Below, piece after piece: positions 60,093-64,000 of a stretch of 64,000 nt of DNA. The stretch covers positions 32,671 through 96,670 of the forward strand of contig CAMCVE010000007.1 in NCBI GenBank assembly GCA_945881775.1. Direction: 5' to 3'. The DNA comes from Bacteriovorax stolpii. GTDB lineage: Bacteria > Bdellovibrionota > UBA2428. How positions within the stretch are numbered: position 1 is the stretch's first letter; each line of letters opens with the position of its first letter. The position numbers and the translations under genes were made by a program. The notes beneath the pieces are model-generated. The model made no database searches. It saw nothing but the letters and a program-made list of their open reading frames with translations, and was not told where the DNA came from.

Positions 60093-62654
60093 ATGGAACG
60101 CCAACTAGGAAACGGAACCGCTAGCGGTTCCCAAGGATTCGAATTGACTTCAGAGGTAGCAAACACAGTGGAAACAGCACCCAATATTACGACCGTCACA
60201 ACTCCCCAAGGCGCCAAGATCGCCTTCAATGAGCGTGAGGTTGTTCAAATGATTCTCGAGGCCTGCGAAGGCTTCAAGGGCGTCGTCTCTCCCGAAGCCA
60301 TCGTCAAGGAACTCAACAAGATCCTTTACGAAGGCATGCCCGCCAACAAGATCACCACCGCGACCATCATGGCCGCACGCGCTTTCATCGAACAAGACAA
60401 CGCCTATTCCTTCGTAACAGCGCGCCTGCTGCTGCAAGACCTGTTCGAAGAAGTGATCTCACGCCGTGTGCCTCGCTCCGAACGCAAAGCGATGTACACA
60501 AACTATCTGCCCGATTATCTCACAAAGGGCATTGAGTCGGGACGCCTCGATCCTCGGCTCAAGACCGACTTCGACCTGAACGCCATCTCTGCAGCCATCA
60601 ACCCTGGTCGCGACGAGCTGTTCACCTTCCTTGGCCTGCAAACTCTTTACGACCGCTACTTCATCCACATCGACAAGCGTCGCATTGAGATGCCCCAGAT
60701 CTTCTGGATGCGCGTTGCCATGGGTCTAGCTCTCATCGAGAAGAACAAAGAGATCCGCACCGAGAAGGCAATCGAGTTCTACAACGTTCTCTCTCAGTTC
60801 CATTTCGTGAGCTCGACACCCACTCTCTTCAACGCGGGCACTCCCTACCCCCAGCTCTCGAGCTGCTTCCTCACCACGATCCCCGACGACCTCTATGACA
60901 TTTACGGCGCGCTTCGCGACAACGCGATGCTGTCGAAGTTCTCGGGCGGCCTCGGCAACGACTGGACCCCGGTTCGTGGCCTCGGCTCCTACATCAAAGG
61001 AACCAACGGTCAGTCCCAAGGTGTGATTCCCTTCCTCAAAGTCGCCAACGACACCGCCGTCGCCGTGAATCAAGGTGGCAAACGCAAGGGCGCGGTCTGC
61101 GCGTACCTCGAAACCTGGCATATTGATGTTGAAGAGTATCTCGAGCTTCGCAAAAACACGGGCGACGACCGTCGTCGCTGCCACGACATGAACACCGCAA
61201 ACTGGATTCCCGACTTCTTCATGAAGCGCGTCGAAGAGAACGGTCAGTGGACTCTCTTCACTCCTTCTGAATGCCCCGACCTCCACGACCTCTACGGCAA
61301 GGATTTCGAAAAAGCTTACGTCGAGTATGAAGCCAAAGCCGCCCGCGGTGAGATGAAAAACTTCCGCACCATCGAAGCCGTCAAACTCTGGCGCAAGATG
61401 CTCACGATGGTCTTCGAGACCGGCCACCCTTGGATCACCTTCAAAGATCCTTGCAATCTGCGCTCGCCCCAGCAACACGCGGGCGTCGTTCACAGCTCCA
61501 ACCTCTGCACCGAAATCACGCTCAACACGTCTGCTGACGAAGTTGCAGTCTGTAATCTTGGTTCTGTGAACATCGTCGCCCACCTCAGCGAGAGGGGTCT
61601 TGACCTCGCGCTTCTCGAGCAAACAGTAATGACCGCGATGCGCATGCTCGACAATGTCATCGACCAGAACCTCTACCCTATCCCCCAGGCGAAGAACTCC
61701 AATCTTCGCCACCGTCCCGTGGGTCTGGGCATGATGGGCTTCCAAGACGCGCTCTACAAGCTGCGCATGCCCTACGACAGTGAGGCCGCAATGGAATTCG
61801 CGGACGAGTCGATGGAAGCGATTTCCTACTACGCGATCAAAGCTTCAACCGAACTTGCGCGCGAGCGCGGAACCTACTCGAGCTTTAAGGGCTCGCTCTG
61901 GGACCAAGGCATTCTCCCGATCGACTCGATCGCGAAGGTCGACATGGCCCGCGGCGAAGATGTTCAAGTGCCTCGCTCGTCGAAACTCGACTGGACCCCG
62001 ATCCGCAACGCCGTAAAGCTCCATGGCATGCGCAACTCGAACTGTATGGCGATCGCTCCCACTGCGACGATCTCAAACATCTCGGGCGTCACGCAGTCGA
62101 TCGAGCCGACATATAAGAACCTCTACGTGAAGTCGAACCTCTCGGGTGAGTTCACGATTGTGAACCCTTATCTCGTCGACGACCTCAAGGCGCGTGGTCT
62201 CTGGACTCAAGATATGATCAACTCCCTTAAGCGCGAAGACGGAGAGATCGCAAATATCAGTGCGATTCCTGCCGATCTGAAGGCTCTCTATAAGACTGCT
62301 TTCGACATCGAACCTAAATGGCTCATCGAAGCGGGTGCACGCCGTCAAAAGTGGATCGACCAAGGGCAAAGCCTGAATCTTTATATGGCTCAACCCAGCG
62401 GCAAGAAGCTCGACGACATGTACCGCCTCGCATGGAAGAAAGGTCTCAAGACGACCTATTATCTTCGCTCGCTTGGCGCGACTTCGATCGAGAAGTCCAC
62501 AATCCACACCAAAGGCGAAAGCACGATCACTTCGATGAGCCCCGTGCGTGTCGAAGCTCGTGATAACTTCCAACCTCAAATGCCTAAAGTCGAAGCCAAA
62601 GTAGAAGCAAAAGTCTGCTCGATTCTCGATCCCGAATGCGAGGCCTGCCAATAA
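60093..62654 (+). CDS. nrdA: Ribonucleoside-diphosphate reductase alpha subunit (class Ia)
   Basis: ATP-cone followed by a full catalytic domain with the C-terminal Cys pair (...CEAC). Confidence 0.95.
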   Translation: MERQLGNGTASGSQGFELTSEVANTVETAPNITTVTTPQGAKIAFNEREVVQMILEACEGFKGVVSPEAIVKELNKILYEGMPANKITTATIMAARAFIEQDNAYSFVTARLLLQDLFEEVISRRVPRSERKAMYTNYLPDYLTKGIESGRLDPRLKTDFDLNAISAAINPGRDELFTFLGLQTLYDRYFIHIDKRRIEMPQIFWMRVAMGLALIEKNKEIRTEKAIEFYNVLSQFHFVSSTPTLFNAGTPYPQLSSCFLTTIPDDLYDIYGALRDNAMLSKFSGGLGNDWTPVRGLGSYIKGTNGQSQGVIPFLKVANDTAVAVNQGGKRKGAVCAYLETWHIDVEEYLELRKNTGDDRRRCHDMNTANWIPDFFMKRVEENGQWTLFTPSECPDLHDLYGKDFEKAYVEYEAKAARGEMKNFRTIEAVKLWRKMLTMVFETGHPWITFKDPCNLRSPQQHAGVVHSSNLCTEITLNTSADEVAVCNLGSVNIVAHLSERGLDLALLEQTVMTAMRMLDNVIDQNLYPIPQAKNSNLRHRPVGLGMMGFQDALYKLRMPYDSEAAMEFADESMEAISYYAIKASTELARERGTYSSFKGSLWDQGILPIDSIAKVDMARGEDVQVPRSSKLDWTPIRNAVKLHGMRNSNCMAIAPTATISNISGVTQSIEPTYKNLYVKSNLSGEFTIVNPYLVDDLKARGLWTQDMINSLKREDGEIANISAIPADLKALYKTAFDIEPKWLIEAGARRQKWIDQGQSLNLYMAQPSGKKLDDMYRLAWKKGLKTTYYLRSLGATSIEKSTIHTKGESTITSMSPVRVEARDNFQPQMPKVEAKVEAKVCSILDPECEACQ

Positions 62655-62687
62655 GCCCCCCCCTGGGAAGCCTAAAGGAGAAAAGAC

Positions 62688-63767
62688 ATGGCAAACACAC
62701 TAAAGAACTCTTTCGCCCAGCAAACCAACCTCATCGACCCGCAGTCGATCCCTAGCCGCGTAAAGGTGGACCAAAAGCGCATCATCAACTGTCGCGCGGA
62801 CGTGAACCAGCTCATGCCCATTAAGTACCAATGGGCATGGCAGAACTACATCGACTCATGCGCCAATCACTGGATGCCAACCGAGGTCCCCATGGCGCGC
62901 GATATCGAAGTCTGGAAAGCAAAAGACCTCCTCACCGAGGACGAGCGCCATATCATCATGCGCAACCTAGGCTTCTTTGCCACTGCAGAGTCCTTGGTCG
63001 CAAACAACATTGTGCTGGCAGTCTACAAGCACGTCACCAACCCTGAGTGCCGTCAGTACCTGCTCCGGCAAGCGTTCGAAGAAGCCATCCACACCCATAC
63101 CTTCCACTACGTTGTGGAATCGCTGGGCCTCGACGAGGGTGAAATCTTCAACATGTACCACGAGATCCCAAGCGTGAATAAAAAGGACGCTTTTGTGCTT
63201 GAGCATACCAAAGCACTGAACGACGAGAAGTTTGACACTTCCACAGACGAGAAGAGCCAGCAGTTCCTCGAGAACCTGATCTCTTTCTACGTTATCATGG
63301 AGGGGATCTTCTTCTACTCGGGTTTTGCGATGATGCTCTCGTTCAAACGTCGCAACCTTATGGTCGGCGTTGCCGAACAGTTCGAGTACATCATGCGCGA
63401 TGAGTCCAAGCATATGGGCTTTGGAGTCGACCTCATCAACCAGCTCAAGATTGAGAATCCCCATCTCTGGACTCGCGAACTTCAAGAGCGTCTCGTGCAA
63501 AATATCCGTCTCGCCGTGGAACTCGAAAGCGAATACGCTCGCGACTGCCTCCCCAACGGCATGCTCGGCATGAAGTCTGAACTCTTCGAGCAGTATGTGC
63601 GCTACATCGCAGACCGTCGCTGCGAGCGCATCGGCCTGCCGAGATTGTTTGGCGACGAGAACCCCTTCCCTTGGATGAGCGAAGTTGTCGATCTGCGCAA
63701 AGAGAAGAACTTCTTCGAAACCCGCGTGACCGAATACCAGACCGGTGGTGCTCTTAGCTGGGAGTAA
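62688..63767 (+). CDS. nrdB: Ribonucleoside-diphosphate reductase beta subunit (class Ia, di-iron/tyrosyl radical)
   Basis: Iron-ligand motifs (E...EAIHTHTF..., E..H) and a canonical R2 C-terminus. Confidence 0.95.
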   Translation: MANTLKNSFAQQTNLIDPQSIPSRVKVDQKRIINCRADVNQLMPIKYQWAWQNYIDSCANHWMPTEVPMARDIEVWKAKDLLTEDERHIIMRNLGFFATAESLVANNIVLAVYKHVTNPECRQYLLRQAFEEAIHTHTFHYVVESLGLDEGEIFNMYHEIPSVNKKDAFVLEHTKALNDEKFDTSTDEKSQQFLENLISFYVIMEGIFFYSGFAMMLSFKRRNLMVGVAEQFEYIMRDESKHMGFGVDLINQLKIENPHLWTRELQERLVQNIRLAVELESEYARDCLPNGMLGMKSELFEQYVRYIADRRCERIGLPRLFGDENPFPWMSEVVDLRKEKNFFETRVTEYQTGGALSWE

Positions 63768-63793
63768 TCCTTAGCGTTGCCGACTAGCGACCG

Positions 63794-64000
63794 ACTTCGG
63801 ACTCAAGACTGCGCAGAACTTTGCGCAGTTGTTCGTCGTGCAGGTCGCGGTCATCAAGAGTCTCAAACGGCGTCATCGACAGAACACGCCTCAGATTATC
63901 ACGGCTTCGAGCAAACTCTTTGGAGTCCTTGGGCAAGCTGCGCAGGGTCTCATCGAGCCCATCTCCTCCGCGTGACTTCTGATCCAGTTCCGCTGCGCGC
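63794..64000 (-). CDS. Hypothetical protein, C-terminal part only (gene runs off the right edge)
   Basis: Minus frame stays open from the window end to TAG at 63794-63796 (...LRKVLRSLESEVGR*). Confidence 0.35.

Noticed and set aside
60726-61745. 339-aa minus-strand ORF
   Set aside because: Antisense to nrdA; GC-driven artefact.
63809-63840. Hairpin ctgcgca-gaactt-tgcgcag followed by ttgttcgtcg after nrdB
   Set aside because: Could be the nrdAB terminator, but the stem is short, the T-tract is interrupted, and it falls inside the open minus-strand partial ORF. Left unannotated.

Overview
This is a high-GC (roughly 58-60% by eye) Gram-negative chromosomal segment, densely coding on both strands. 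The gene style (GroEL/RpoZ/Lgt/DsbD, many signal-peptide proteins, small beta-barrel OMPs) suggests a Bdellovibrionota/Oligoflexia-like proteobacterium; this is inference only.

Most of the window is conserved core metabolism and translation. Recognisable genes include groES-groEL, nrdA-nrdB (class Ia RNR), prfC, ahcY, miaB, trmB, rlmE, rpoZ, pyrE, lgt, pgsA, phhA, pepA, an M3 peptidase (dcp-like), a thiolase, dsbD, a fused DUF-cyclophilin PPIase, a ferredoxin plus frataxin (cyaY) pair, a beta-CASP MBL RNase, a c-type cytochrome, mscS, and two tRNAs (Phe-GAA on minus, Cys-GCA on plus). A seven-gene minus-strand operon (5'-nucleotidase ... DUF218) has start/stop overlaps.

Points worth a second look:
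- An HTH-XRE regulator gene bracketed by a 30-bp inverted repeat (20-nt perfect core) about 520 bp apart.
- An 18-nt (hexapeptide) tandem repeat whose register implies a frameshift in the XRE gene tail.
- A cluster of three polytopic membrane glycosyltransferase-like genes (ArnT-like, GT39-like, GT87/DUF2029).
- A secreted-protein/OMP islet at 10.2-13.6 kb.
- An internal fragment of a GH1 beta-glucosidase (pseudogene remnant) between rlmE and a secreted-protein gene.
- Two tandem structured 57-bp repeats (terminator-like hairpins) immediately 3' of tRNA-Phe.
- A degenerate GGDEF (GQDGF) protein and a separate PilZ-domain protein.
- A two-gene operon with a 642-aa HExxH-containing exported protein.
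- Putative NrdR operator boxes upstream of nrdA.

No CRISPR array, transposase, integrase or recognisable defence gene was seen. Many long antisense ORFs in the six-frame track are GC-driven artefacts and were rejected.
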